DNA from: Sphyrna mokarran
Lineage: Eukaryota
NCBI GenBank assembly: GCA_024679065.1
Contig: JAGIQG010000029.1
Location: 12,710,001 to 12,774,000, forward strand
Direction of reading: 5' to 3'
Length of the DNA: 64,000 nt
Below the pieces are notes generated by a model. The model searched no databases. It saw only the letters and a list, made by a program, of their open reading frames with translations, and was not told the origin of the DNA. A program made the translations under genes and the position numbers. Of this stretch, positions 1 through 11,604 are shown one piece after another. Numbering within the stretch: position 1 is the stretch's first letter; each line of letters starts with the position of its first letter.

Positions 1-42
1 GAAAGTGCTGCAGAAAGTAGCAGACAACATGATGTTTTAAAG

Positions 43-445
43 TTTGATTTGATTTATTATTGTCACATGTATTAGTATATAATGAAAAGTATTGTATCTT
101 GCACACTATACAGACAAAGCATACTGTTATAGAGATGGAAATGAGAGGGTGTGGAATGTAGTGTTACAATCATAGCTAGGGTGTAGAGAAAGATCAGGTT
201 AGTGTGAGATAGGTTCATCCAAAAGTCTAATGGCAGCAGGAAGAAGGTGTTCTCGACTCGATTAGTACATGACCTCAGACTTTTGTGTCTTATTCCCAAC
301 AGAAGACAGTGAAAGAGACTATGTCCAGGGGAGGTGAGGTCTTTAATTATACTGGCAGCTGGAAGTGCAGACAGAATCAATGGATGGGAGGCTGGTTTGC
401 ATGATGGATTGGGCTACATGGACAACCTTTTTAGTTTCTTGTAGC
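43..445 (-). mobile_element. Rex1/Babar-clade LINE, 3' fragment
   Basis: Reverse complement of the tail ...GTGACAATAATAAATCAAATCAAA; ORF 72-380(-) gives AASIIKD..PGHSLF.LL..GIRHKSLRSCTNR.EN.FF, matching the C-terminus of the copy at 5290-6110. Confidence 0.8.
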
Positions 446-1189
446 TGCTTTCTGAAGCCAAGGTTCTGCCAATCCATTCTCACATGTATCGTGTTTCACA
501 ATGCCATTAATAATTAGCAACATAAAGATTGTAAATCTGAGGGGAAGTCACAATAAATCTGTTAGTGGCCCTGTTCTGGAAAAGCATCCAAGGGGCAATA
601 ATTTCAGCTGCTTGTGATGTGAGATGAGGACAGATTTTCTTTGAACCAAGAAGAAATAAAGCATTGTTTTTATGCGTGTGTTCCGAATGTTATTATCAAT
701 GCAAAATTGAGCTTCTCATTTTTAACAGTTCGCAACAAGACGAGGTATACAAGCACGTTTGCTAGATTTGAACATGGCGGCTGAACTGAATATTATATTT
801 CTCTTATGGGCTTTCTTGTGTAAATGGTGCAACAATGTGGGATTGGAGTGCTCCAGACTCCCAGCAGCTTCAGTAAACTAGGGGGAACAGCCAAGACTCT
901 CACTGCAGGAAGAAAAGAGTAGAGAGAAATCAAAATAAATACTGTCGTGTTTGTGTAAACTGGAGCCAAGCATCAGGGAATGCTTGTGTATTCTCTGTTG
1001 CAATGGTGGAGTAAAACAAATTAGGAAGTCTTCAAATGTGTTCTTTCTAAAAATTGCACAGCTGCAGCAGTATGGAGAGCAAGTTGTGTTAGATTCCGAG
1101 TCTCTGCCTTTCCCCTTTTGTTTCAAAGTTGAGTTCACTCTGCTTCTTCAGTTTTTCTTAAGCATTTTTGGTGTATTATGCATCACCCA

Positions 1190-1680
1190 ATTCCTGGATG
1201 GCAGGTCTGTTGTACGAGGAGAGACTGAGTCAGTTAGGATTATATCCATTGGGGTTTAGAAGAGTGAAAGGGGATCTCCTGGAAACTTCTAAAATTCTAA
1301 CAGGTTTAGACAGCGCAGATTCAGAAAGAATGTTCCTGATGGCGGGGGAGTCCAGAACTGGGGCCATAATTTGAAGATAAGGAGTAAACCTTTTTGAATT
1401 GAGCTGAGGGAAATTTCTTCACCCAGAGAGTGATGAATCTGTGGAATTCACTATCACAGAAAGTCATTGCAGCCAAAACATGGTGTAATTTCACGAGGAA
1501 ATTAGATATAGCTCAGGGCCAAAGGGGTTCAAGTCATAGAATCCCTAAAGTGTGCAGAAGCAGGAGTAGGCCATTCAGCCGGGAAGGAAGTTGGGATCAG
1601 GATATTGAACTTGATGATCAGATGAATGGCAGAGGTCCAAATGGACTATTCATGCTTCTAGTTTCTATGTATGTTTCTTT
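1190..1680 (+). mobile_element. CR1 (HER1-like) LINE 3' fragment, with a short reversed CR1/HE1 tail at ~1533-1582
   Basis: Translates MAGLLYEERLSQLGLYPLGFRRVKGDLLETSKILTGLD (CR1 ORF2 C-terminus) and ends ...ATGGACTATTCATGCTTCTAGTTTCTATG. Confidence 0.85.
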
Positions 1681-2384
1681 GTAAGCTGTTCTAATTTAGT
1701 GCCTTGAGACCCAGAAACAATTCCAAAAGGATTCATTTCCCTTTGTGATGCAGAATTTTATAAAATGTCAGTTGAAAATTGACATATTTAAATCATCAGC
1801 CAGAATAATGGTTGCATTAAATGGGTTTTGTAAAATCCAACTTCAGGACTTCTTTGTCATGTCTGTTGTAAGGAAAAATATTTGAGTCAGCGGAACAAAA
1901 CCCACAGGCTTTGTGATGACAAGTAGTTCCAATGAATGGCATTGCTGTAGTCTCGTGAACTGTAATTATGAACTGTGAATGCTGCTGTTCCTGTTTGTGG
2001 GAATTAAAGGACAAATAAAGACCCCACAAGTAAGAGAAGTTGCTGATGCTAATATTCATCATGGCTCCTGTGTGGCCAACACCCTATTGGTGAGTTAATG
2101 TATTATAGACAGCAGAATTAGTCATCTGAAAACACAAGAATGTATTTTTGCGGATTAGTCAACTGTGCCGTGTATTTGTGCATTTGAGTTAGCTGTTGCC
2201 TGCGTGATGATGGTCTTTTTCACATATTTCCACTGGTAGATGGTGAGATACAGTGACTGAGTTTGAATTTACCTTCCCAAACACACACGTGCAGCAGATG
2301 GAAATCCTAGTTAACTTCCCCTTCCCTAACGTTGGATATTGCAGCTATCTGCAGTACGTCCAACTCTACCCAAGCTTCAGTAGT

Positions 2385-2700
2385 GATTTTTTTTTTGGAA
2401 TTGGGGCATTGCTGGCCAGACCAGGATTTATTGTCCATCCCTTCTCACCCCTTGAGAAGGTGGTGGTGAGCTGTCTCCTTGACCCACTGCAGTCCCTGAG
2501 TTGTAGGTAGACCTACAGTACTGTGAGGAAGAGAGAGTTCCAGTATTTTGATCTTGTGACTGTGAAGGAATGGCAATATATTTCTAAGTCGGGGTGGTGA
2601 GCCTCTTGGAGGGGCACTTCTTAGTGGTAGCATTTGCGGTATTCGCTGTCCTTGTGCTTTGAGAAGATTGTAGTTGTGGGTTTGATCTAAGGCACTTCTT
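2385..2700 (-). mobile_element. CR1/L2-group LINE 3' end (same family as 19555-20150)
   Basis: CCCTTGAGAAGGTGGTGGTGAGCTG is the reverse complement of the CAGCTCACCACCACCTTCTCAAGGG tail at ~20041. Confidence 0.7.
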
Positions 2701-2756
2701 TAGGTAGGAATGCTGGAACCTTCCAAGAGATTTGGAATTGCATAATATTTACAGAT

Positions 2757-2835
2757 TGGGGTGGCACAGTGGTTAGCACTGCTGTCTCACAGAGACCTGG
2801 GCTCAATTCCTGGCTTTGGTTGCTATCTGTGTGTC
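2757..2835 (+). mobile_element. HE1-type V-SINE, tRNA-derived head only
   Basis: GGTGGCACAGTGGTTAGCACTGCTG...GGGCTCAATTCC (Pol III A/B-box-like). Confidence 0.75.
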
Positions 2836-3184
2836 AGGGCCTGAATTCAATGTAGCAGTGGGAGGATGAGAGACTTGTTTCTCTGACAGCTGTCAAATAT
2901 ATTTCAATGTTGTTTGGGTGGACTCAAAACAGATCACAAGGTAAAGACACACAGGAATACAGTTTTTTTCAGCTCCTACTTATTTTCTCAGGACATTTTC
3001 TTTTTTATTCCAGTTTGCGTTGCCTGTAGGGCTTGGTTCTCTGACTATATGCTGCTTAGGTTGAATGTGTGTTTTTTTTTGTGCTTAAGTCAGTATCCTT
3101 TTAAGGGACTGTCCTTTAATTCATTTCTCAGTTTATTTAATTTAGTTGAATTGGTTACTTTATTTATCCAAAATCGGAATAGGA

Positions 3185-3470
3185 CACCATGCTGAAACAG
3201 GGGTTAGCATTGCTTCTTTACGGTGCCAGGGATATGGCTTTGAGCCAGCCTGGGATCTGCGTGGTCTCCCCGTAACAGAGTGGGTTTCCTCCGGATGCTT
3301 CAGTTTCCTCCCACAGTCCAAAGATGTGCTGGTTGTGTGCATTGGCCATGTTAAATTCTCCCTCGGGTGTACCTGAACTGGCGTGGGGTGTGATGTCTGG
3401 GGGATTTTCACAGTAACTTCATTACAGTCTGAATGTAAGCCTTCTTGTGACTAAGAAATAAACTTTAACT
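3185..3470 (+). mobile_element. HE1-type V-SINE, tail B
   Basis: V-core GGGTTTCCTCCGGATGCTTCAGTTTCCTCCCACAGTCCAAAGATGTG; tail GGGGATTTTCACAGTAACTTCATT...GTGACTAA..AATAAACTTTAACT. Confidence 0.85.
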
Positions 3471-4224
3471 TTATATGGAAAATAGCAACACAAGAAATAG
3501 AGCAGGAGTGAACCATTTATTCTTAAAGCCTGCTACAACATCCAACGGCTGATCTAACACAAGGCAAATGTCCAGAGAGCATTAGTCAATGCCTTTGGGT
3601 TATTAGTTCAATGACTTTACTATTGTGCCATCACCTCAAATGTATTGTATTTTACTTATCGGTCTCCTGAAGAATTTCAGGTCTGAAGTGAATTTTATTA
3701 TTAGAGTTCTGAATTAATTGACTTTGCAAACCTGATATTAAAACAAGCTGGTCAAATTCTGCTCTCTACCACTCTTCTTCGTATAATACTTAAAGCCTTA
3801 GCTTCTGAAAGGAAAGGTGATTATTTTCGTAATGATCTTCGCCAGTAATTCTCAACAATATGCAAAATCATGAATGATTTCATGGCTGTCTCTGTCAATG
3901 TACTTTAAAAGACACTTGAGAGCAGACACCACTCAGATTTTCTTTGACTGAGCAGCACTTAGCAGTTTCGTTTCAGTGGGAAACAGCAGCAGATTCTTAG
4001 CGAATGATTTCCAATCCACAGCTGGGTTTTTGAAATGTATGACAGCAGATAATACTTAGCGTTGGGCACCACTAAGATGTAAATAATGGAGAGTTTGTTT
4101 TTTTTTTTCTCTCTCACCTGAATACAAGCCAAAATTTTATCTTCTGGATTCCCTCCACCTAAACCCCATGTGTGATTAATTTAAAACAGCTCACATTTAA
4201 ATAACAATCAGCCGTCAGTTTTCA

Positions 4225-4530
4225 AAGTTTGATTATTTATTGGTGTCACAAGACGGCTTACAGTAACACTACAATGAAGATATTGTGAAAATTCTCTAGC
4301 TGCCACAGTCCGACACCTGTTTGGGTACACAGAGGGAGAATTTAGCATGGCCAAATTCTCCGTGCTAGAGAATGTCTAATCAGCATGCCTTTTGACTATG
4401 GCAGCACTTGGAGGAAATCCATGCAGAAACAGGGAGAACAGGCAGACTCTGAGCAGACAGTGACCTAAGCTGAGAATCGAACTCAAGTCCCTGGAGCTGT
4501 GAGGCAGCAGCACTAACCAATGTGCCACTG
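4225..4530 (-). mobile_element. HE1-type V-SINE, tail B
   Basis: Reverse complement of tail B, core and head (...GCTGTGAGGCAGCAGCACTAACCAATGTGCCAC). Confidence 0.85.
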
Positions 4531-5074
4531 GAAGTAAGTAATCACAATGATGAGATGCAAGCGCATCCAAATGTATTGAATTTCCTCCAAATCTGAAAAT
4601 GTGAGGGTTTACCATTTGTGTTATTTTTCTAAATGATACTAACTGCCACTTTCCAAAGTGAACTGAATGAAATGAATCCACACGTTCTTTCCACGTTTTG
4701 GTCCTGCAGTGAATGTGTGAGAATAATGATCCTTGGTGGTGCAGCAACTGGAGTAAGTATTACGTGCTTCTGTCATCATTTCGGTAGGAGAACAAAGAAA
4801 GGAAGGAAGAACTTGGATTTTTGCATTGCCAGATCATTCCAGATTTAGGGAAATATAGCTACATAAATTCCCAAGTACCCCAGAAGTGAAATAACCCAGT
4901 AAATGCTCATTATGTTGGTGATGGGCAGAGTGAGGTTCTCCAGTCTTGTCCATACCCTCCCTGTTGCAAGTGAGAAGGGAAAACTTGGCATTCCATTCAC
5001 TTTCAGCGGCACTGGGGAGTCCCAAACTCGGATGGAGGTGTTCAGCAGAAAATCAATGAACTCAACAACCTTTT

Positions 5075-5281
5075 TTTATTGAAATATGCTTTGGAATCTT
5101 TTAAGTCTACCTGAAGAAACAGTGCCTTCCCGGGCCCTTATCTGCACACTAGTACTCACAGCAGTGTGGCACTCCTTCAGTACTGCACAAGGGCATCGGC
5201 TGGTCTGCATGCTCAGGTTGTATGAATGGGGCTGGAACCTGTGACCTGCTGACTCTGGCAAGAGTGTTAACAACTAAGCCA
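5075..5281 (-). mobile_element. SacSINE1-like Deu-SINE (head and Deu domain; tail remnant probably ~4795-4890)
   Basis: GCAGTGTGGCACTCCTTCAGTACTGCAC...CTGACTCTGGCAAGAGTGTTAACAACTAAGCCA matches the reverse of the recalled SacSINE1 head. Confidence 0.65.
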
Positions 5282-5289
5282 GGGCTGAA

Positions 5290-6110
5290 ATGTTGTGGGT
5301 CGGATCTCAAACAATGATGAGACACAGTATAGGGAAAAGATTGAGAACCTGGTGCATTGACAATAATCTCTCCTTCAATGCCAACAAAACTAAGGAGATA
5401 CTCATCAACTTCAAGAAGCGTAGTGGAGGACATGCTCCTGTCTACACTAATGGGGGCGAAGTAGGAATAGTTGAGAGTTTCAAGTTTTTGTGTGTCTAGA
5501 TCACCAAGAACTTGTCCTGGTCCCTTCACGCCAACATCATAGTTAGGAAATCTCACTGATGGCTCTACTTTCTCAGAAGACTGAGGAAATTTGGCATATC
5601 TGATACGAGTCTCACTAACTTTTACAGGTGCACCACAGAAAGCATTTTTCTAGTTGTATTGCAACTTAGTTTGGCTCCTGCTCTATCCCAAGGTTGCAAT
5701 AAACTACAACGGGTCATGGACAAAGCCCAGTCCAGCACACAAACGAGCCTCGCACCCAGTGACACTGTCTACATTTCCCATTGTTTTGGAAAAGCAGCCA
5801 TCATAATTAAGGATCCCATGCACCCCAGAAATATCTCTTCCACTTTCTTCCATTGGGAAAAAGATACAAATATTTGAGAACATATTCCAACCGATTTAAG
5901 AACAGTTTCTTCCCAGCTGCCATCAGATTTTTAAATGGACCTGCTTTTCATTCAGTTGATCTTTCTCTACACCCTAGCTATGTCTGTAACTCTACAGTCT
6001 GCACTCTTCTTTCCTTGCCTATGTATCTTATGCTTTGTCCATATAGCACGTAAAGAACAATACTTTTCCCTCGACCCCAATACATGTGACAATAACAAAT
6101 CAAATCAGAC
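5290..6110 (+). mobile_element. Rex1/Babar-clade LINE, 5'-truncated (RT C-terminus plus 3' UTR), disrupted
   Basis: WCIDNNLSFNANKTKEILINFKKRSGGHAPVYTNGGEVGIVESFKFL...; RYKYLRTYSNRFKNSFFPAAIRFLN; tail GTGACAATAACAAATCAAATCA. Confidence 0.9.
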
Positions 6111-6392
6111 TTGTTAATATCAAACAAGAATTCAATTGAATTAATTTATGTAGCTTAAGCCTGGAGTATTTTCATATGTGTGTGTTCACTAGCGAGTGTT
6201 GACACAAAGAAGTGTATGCAGTAATTAAATTCATATAAACAATGTTTGTGTGATAGCAAATTAAATAGTTGGCACCAATTTAAAATCTCTGCTTATTAAT
6301 ATCTAACAAAAAAAACCTAGTACCTGGAACTTACACTGAGAGCACGTGAAACCAAACTGAATTTCTCGGAATAAAGCCGTGCTACACAATTT

Positions 6393-6540
6393 GACCGGAA
6401 TTTTCCATTGCCAGTGTGCCCCCTCCTCCTCCTCCTCCTCCTCCCCCACCAATGGGAGATTTGGCAGCTGAGCCAAAAGACCATTAATTATCAGCAGGTT
6501 TGGACAGTCTTGGTGGTGAACGAGGCTAGAAATTCCACTC
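6393..6540. mobile_element. Harbinger-type MITE with internal (CCT)n
   Basis: Imperfect terminal inverted repeats GACCGGAATTTTC ... GAAATTCCACTC. Confidence 0.5.
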
Positions 6541-6741
6541 TTTAAAATAAATGCAACACTTGTCTTTTAAAGTTTGGTTGGGAAATACTTTTTCCACTGT
6601 ATTATTTTTAAACAACTCAAGGACTTGCATACAAAGTCCTTTTGGATTTTTTTTACTTTTAAGGAGCTATATGCATGCAAGTTTTTGATAGCTTTGTAGC
6701 CCTTTTATTTTTATCTGTTTAAATCTTGGAACACAACATTT

Positions 6742-6868
6742 AGGCCAGAATGTTACCACCACGCCCGCCATGGAATCGGGGTAGATGCGGCTTGCAGAAT
6801 GGAATTCTCATAGGCCTTGGGTGGAATTTTACAAGCCCTGTTTGAATGAGATCATAAAAGTCTAGCCT
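6742..6868. mobile_element. Harbinger-type MITE
   Basis: TA-GGCCAGAATGTTA ... TAAAAGTCTAGCC-TTA imperfect TIRs. Confidence 0.55.
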
Positions 6869-7135
6869 TAATGTCTGGTTGCAGCTTAGAATGATAGAAA
6901 CCAGGGCTGTTCAGCTATATGCTTCCTTCAAATCAGTATCTTGTGCTGGTAACAGTGGGAACTCCACACTGAGGAATTTATACTCTTCAAATAATAATCT
7001 ACAAGCTGCTTTCCCATGTTGGAATACATGATAGTCAGTATTTTGAACCTGATTATGTATCCAGCGTTGCCCACAGGCTATCTCATTCCACTTGGTGTCT
7101 GTGTAACTTACAGAACGCTGATGTTTCAATTGGCC

Positions 7136-7500
7136 TCTTTTAAGGTCAAATCAAATAAACTCAAGTTAAATCAGGACAAAGTAAAAGGGGCAGCTCCTCA
7201 GAAGGAGGGAGAACAGCCCGAACAAAATCAAAGTTGAAAACAAAGGAAACTTGAAAACATCAAATTAAAATCTGATTATTAGTGCGATAATGCACCACCT
7301 GCAGTGCCCAACGGGCGCGGAAGGTGTCAACTGCACCCCCGGACACCACATGCTTCTTCCCCAGAGGCACCTAGCTGCGAACATAGCCATGGTAGAGGGG
7401 CAGATGGTCAGGATGGATGGCCCCCTCATTTACCCGATACCTGAATCTGTGAATAGTGTGCTTCGCCAGCCCCAGGAGCAGGTTCACAAGAAGATTGTGG
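7136..7500 (-). mobile_element. Tx1-clade (L1 group) LINE 3' fragment, copy 1
   Basis: Minus strand reads LLVNLLLGLAKHTIHRFRYRVNEGAIHPDHLPLYHGYVRS*VPLGKKHGVSGGAVDTFRARWALQ, colinear with ORF 62048-62365; 3' UTR ends GTTTATTTGATTTGACCTTAAAAGAG. Confidence 0.8.
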
Positions 7501-7813
7501 TAGAATCATAGAATCCCTACAGCACAGAAGGTCATTTGGCTTATCAAGTTTGTACTGACCATAATCCCACCCAAGCCTGTTCCTGTAACCCTCATTTATT
7601 AATCTCCTGACGCTAGGATCAATTTAGCGTGGCCAATCAACCTAACCCACACATCTTTGGACTATGGAGGGAAGCCAGAGCGCCCGGAGGAAACCCAAGC
7701 AGACAGGTAGAGAATGTGCAAACTCCATACGGACAGTGACCAAAGCTGGAATTGAACCTGGTTCCCTGGCTGTGTGAGGTAGCAGTGCTAACCACTGTGC
7801 CACCGTGCTGCTC
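7501..7813 (-). mobile_element. HE1 V-SINE, tail A (CR1/HER1-type tail)
   Basis: TAGAATCATAGAATCCCTACAGCACAGAAGG... through ...GCAGTGCTAACCACTGTGCCACCGTGCTGC. Confidence 0.9.
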
Positions 7814-7857
7814 TTGGAAATTTTAATGAGTTTTTCAGTTCCCAGCTCAGAAATGAT

Positions 7858-8170
7858 GGCACATTGGCACAGTGGCTAGCACTGCTGCCTCAAAGCCCCA
7901 GGGACCTGGGTTCAATTCTGGCCTCTGGTCACTGCCTGTGTGGAATTTGCACATTCTTCCTGTGTCTGCGTGGGTTTCTTCCAGCTGCTCTGATTTCCTC
8001 CTACACTCCAATGTGCAGGTTAGGTGGAGTGGCCATGCTAAATTGCCTCTGAGTCAGAGGGACTAGCAGAATGGATGCGTGAGGTTATGGAGATAGATCC
8101 TGGGGTAGGATTATTGTCAGTGTGGGGGCTGATGGGGTGAATGGCCTCATTCTGCTCAGGAATGATGCCA
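7858..8170 (+). mobile_element. HE1 V-SINE, tail A
   Basis: GGCACATTGGCACAGTGGCTAGCACTGCTGCCTC... V-core ...GAATGGCCTCATTCTGC. Confidence 0.9.
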
Positions 8171-9364
8171 TGATTCCACCTCATGGGTAAGCACGGATGG
8201 GCAATGAACAGTGACCTTGCTCGTAACAATGTCCATATCCAGGAAATTATTTTGAAAATAAGTTTAAAAATTGTTTCTTTCCCAGTGATGACAGGAGTTG
8301 ATGGTCTGGCAGACAATAGCCAGTATTTTATGACCTCACTTTCACAAGGCTTGTAAAATCCCATCCGAGGCCAACAAAGAATTCTGTTCTGCAAGCTGTG
8401 CTCACCCTAATTCTGGGGAGGGCATGGCAGTAAAATTCCACCCGATATCCCAGAGGTCAGATTTTTGTGTCCTCCCCTAGCTCCCAAGAACAACTGCAAC
8501 AGACTTGTATCAGAACAACTTGTACAGAACAACTTGTATCTCCTTTTGCTCTATTGACAGTAAAATGTTAAAAGAACAAGCAAGGCTTGACCACCTGCCT
8601 GAAAGGTACCATGGCAGTGCCATGCTTTAAACTGGAATCTAACTTGACGTTGTTGGAAAAGTCTATTGCAAACTGAGCAAGGCTGAAGAATTTTTGTTTT
8701 GTGTTTAACCATCCGGTCTCTGCTCCCTGGATTTTTTTTCACTCAATTTCCCGCAAGTGGAAATTAGTGTCGCATTTAAAAATGATTGGTGTTTGACAGA
8801 ATTCTCTCTTGCCAAGATCCTCCTAAGACAAATGTACATTTTAGATTGTGCAACAAGAGAAAATCATATTCTGGGCTGTAACATGTTCCTGAATGGATTC
8901 AGTCCCATTTTTCATGCATTATTCAAGAGCATTTTATCGCATGCAGATCATCGCTGCTTTTAAGTCCAAAGTTTTGAAACCTGCAGAGCTGTTCTCTGAG
9001 ATACAATATTGCTGCTGTGGAATTTTAAGAGCAGCATTAACCTAAAGTGCAACATTTACTTCAAGCTGAGCACCAATTCCCATGCTCTCATGAGGTAGAC
9101 TTTGATTTATTTAGAATGATGAACATGGTACAAGATCTGCCTGTGTGCATGCAACACCTTGTTCCAACTGAATGCCATATGAGAAAAATTATAAATTACG
9201 CCGTTGTTCATCCTACAAGGTCATGGTCATGAGTATTTATTAAGATTCTAGTGGTTACACAGGTGATTGATAATACCGGTCTGGGCTCAGAATTTCCTTA
9301 AGTCTTCTTAAAAAAAAAAAATAGTGTTGTTGGTAGGTGGACTTTCTTAATATAGAGCTGGCAT

Positions 9365-9607
9365 AGAAGGATCAGGACAGGTTGTTGGTGATCTGAACAC
9401 CTATAAGCTTGAAGCTCTCAACCATCTCTGCTTTGTATCCATTGATTGATGTAGACAGGGGCATGCTCTCCGCTATGTTTCCTGAAATCAATAACTATCT
9501 CCTTCGTTCTACTGACGTTTGAGGAAGAGATTATTGTCATCACACCATTTCAGCAGTTTCACTATCTCTTTTCTGTACTCTGTCTCATCATTGCTGGAGA
9601 TCATTCC
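9365..9607 (-). mobile_element. Rex1/Babar LINE internal RT fragment (abuts a + strand CR1 tail at ~9608-9710)
   Basis: GGACAGGTTGTTGGTGATCTGAACACCTATAAGCTTGAAGCTCTCAACC is the reverse of the VESFKFLG.QIT.NLSW region at ~5470-5520. Confidence 0.8.
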
Positions 9608-10009
9608 AAGGGCAGAAGGTTTTGGTTAAGTTTAGTTAGGGTATCGTGATCGGCACGGACTGGGTGGGCTGAAGAGCTTGCTCCTGTGTTGTACTTTGAT
9701 CTTCTTTAATGGTGTATTTGTTATCTCAGATGAAGTTGGAAGTAACAAATCTGCAGCCTATTGCCCGCCACTGAAAAAGAAAATCTAACAGTGCCAATTC
9801 TCTGTTATCCTTTGCAATTTTCACCCCAGATGAATTTCCTTCATTAATTACTGCACTAGATACTCACCAATGCTGATAAGAATGTATGTTTGGATTGCCC
9901 TGTTGGTTCAAGCAGCAGCTCTGCTCCTGTCAACCTGAATATTCACAGGAAATCCATGCTGTGTTGGCTAACCTTATACACTTCAGCCACCCTGCTGTTT
10001 TTAATGGCA

Positions 10010-10340
10010 GTCAGCCCTTTTAAAAAGGGAGCCACACTCAGTGATAGGAAGCTTACTGCTGGCTATCTGTCCTGACACTGGCTGCATGCAGAATGCATGC
10101 ATGCATGAACATAGAGAGGGCATCCTTGCTGTATACATGGAGATGGACAGAAGGAAATAAATCATGTTTTTGAGAGGGGGGTTTGGTGGTGTGGAACAGG
10201 AAGTCTTCAAGGCCCATCCTCCAAAAGGAATGGGAGCAGGTAGCCAAGGAGGTCAGTGTAAGAAATCTGGCCCCCAAAGACCTGGCAGCCATGTTACCAA
10301 ATATTTAAAGACTTCATCTGTGTATTCAAGGTGAGTGATT
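10010..10340 (+). pseudogene. Fossil PIF/Harbinger transposon Myb/SANT-like ORF exon (frameshifted)
   Basis: 10210-10330 reads RPILQKEWEQVAKEVSVRNLAP/(shift)KTWQPCYQIFKDFICVFK, a W..VA..V...[RK]T..QC...F.D Myb/SANT pattern, and ends at a splice donor AAG|GTGAGT (10331). Confidence 0.55.
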
Positions 10341-10609
10341 GTATCTTGTAAAGACCTCATGCCAACTGCACTACTAACCTCTCTCACTGCTCAATGCACC
10401 ACGTCCCCCTCAATGTTGATCAAAACTTCTTGCTGCTCAGGACTCATGTCTAGCATTCAGATATCCTGCCTCACCCTCCCACACCCACCTCCTACAGCTT
10501 CTACGCACTTGCAGTTATTCAGGTAAGGTAGACACATCACAGAATCACAATTGGAATTCCTGCCTCCTCCAGGCCCTGCACATATGATTCTTTGTATCAC
10601 GGGATGAAA

Positions 10610-10865
10610 AGTGACAGGGTTGGCACAGTAGTTAGCACTGCTGCCTCACAGCACCAGGGGCTCAGTTTTGATTCCCAATTTGGGTTTCCTCTGGGAGTTC
10701 CATTTTCCTCCCACATTCTGAAAGAGATGCATTGGCCATGCTAAATCTTTCCTCAGTATGCCCAAGCAGGCAGCGGAGCACTTCAGCGGCTAGGAGATTT
10801 TCATAGTAACTGCATTGCAGTGTTAATGTAAAGCCTACTTGTGACTAATAAATAAACTTAAAAAA
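10610..10865 (+). mobile_element. HE1-type V-SINE, tail B, internally deleted
   Basis: Head TTGGCACAGTAGTTAGCACTGCTGCCTCACAGC; tail GCCTACTTGTGACTAATAAATAAAC. Confidence 0.85.
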
Positions 10866-11604
10866 AGCCTGGCATTGCGAAGAACATTGAAGGTGATGAT
10901 ATGTCCCTACTTGACATCTTTTCTCAATACCCAATGGATCCTTCCACGGGCATCAGGCATGCTGTTTAGGTTGTTGGTGCTATGACCATGGACCTGGTTT
11001 TACATCCTGCCCCCTTCTCTTATCCCAAACTGTCCCTACTGATATAATCTGTTTTTGGATGTCCGAAAACTCTAGGCTGCCCAGTCACAGCATGCCAAGG
11101 AGGAAGAGAGAGACTGGTTTAGCACTGGCAATGAGGCCCCAATTACAGTCACCAGCTCACACATTGGCTTTGGACATTCCTATGGATTTGGAAACTGCAT
11201 GTGGTAGGCCATTGTGTACAAATAGGCTACAACCATGCCAAGAATAGGATAGTTGATTTGCCAGTTTAAGCGTATGTAAAGGTTCCTGCTACAGGAGCCC
11301 CAGATGAGGAATTCAGTTGTGCTCACAGAGTCAATACTAATAAGGGCACATACAGGGTCCAATGACAGGCCTGCCTGACAGCATCCTGGTACAGTCAAGG
11401 AGCATGGACAAGCCTGACTTAAGTTAACAGAGAGCAGGATATAAAAATCTTCCCCCTCTACACTTCACCCAGCTGCGGTCCCTCTACCTCTTGCAGCCTT
11501 TGTGTGAATAAATCAGCAAACCCAATGCCTTCGCTATGAGAATTCCGCAACACACGCAGTGCCAAATCCAGCATCTCATCACGGCACCTGCAAAATGGTG
11601 TTGT

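Noticed and set aside
8488-8540. Short tandem CAGAACAACTTGTA repeats (also CTTCCTTAGTGCCT twice at ~12216-12271)
   Set aside because: Ordinary local slippage duplications with no further structure.
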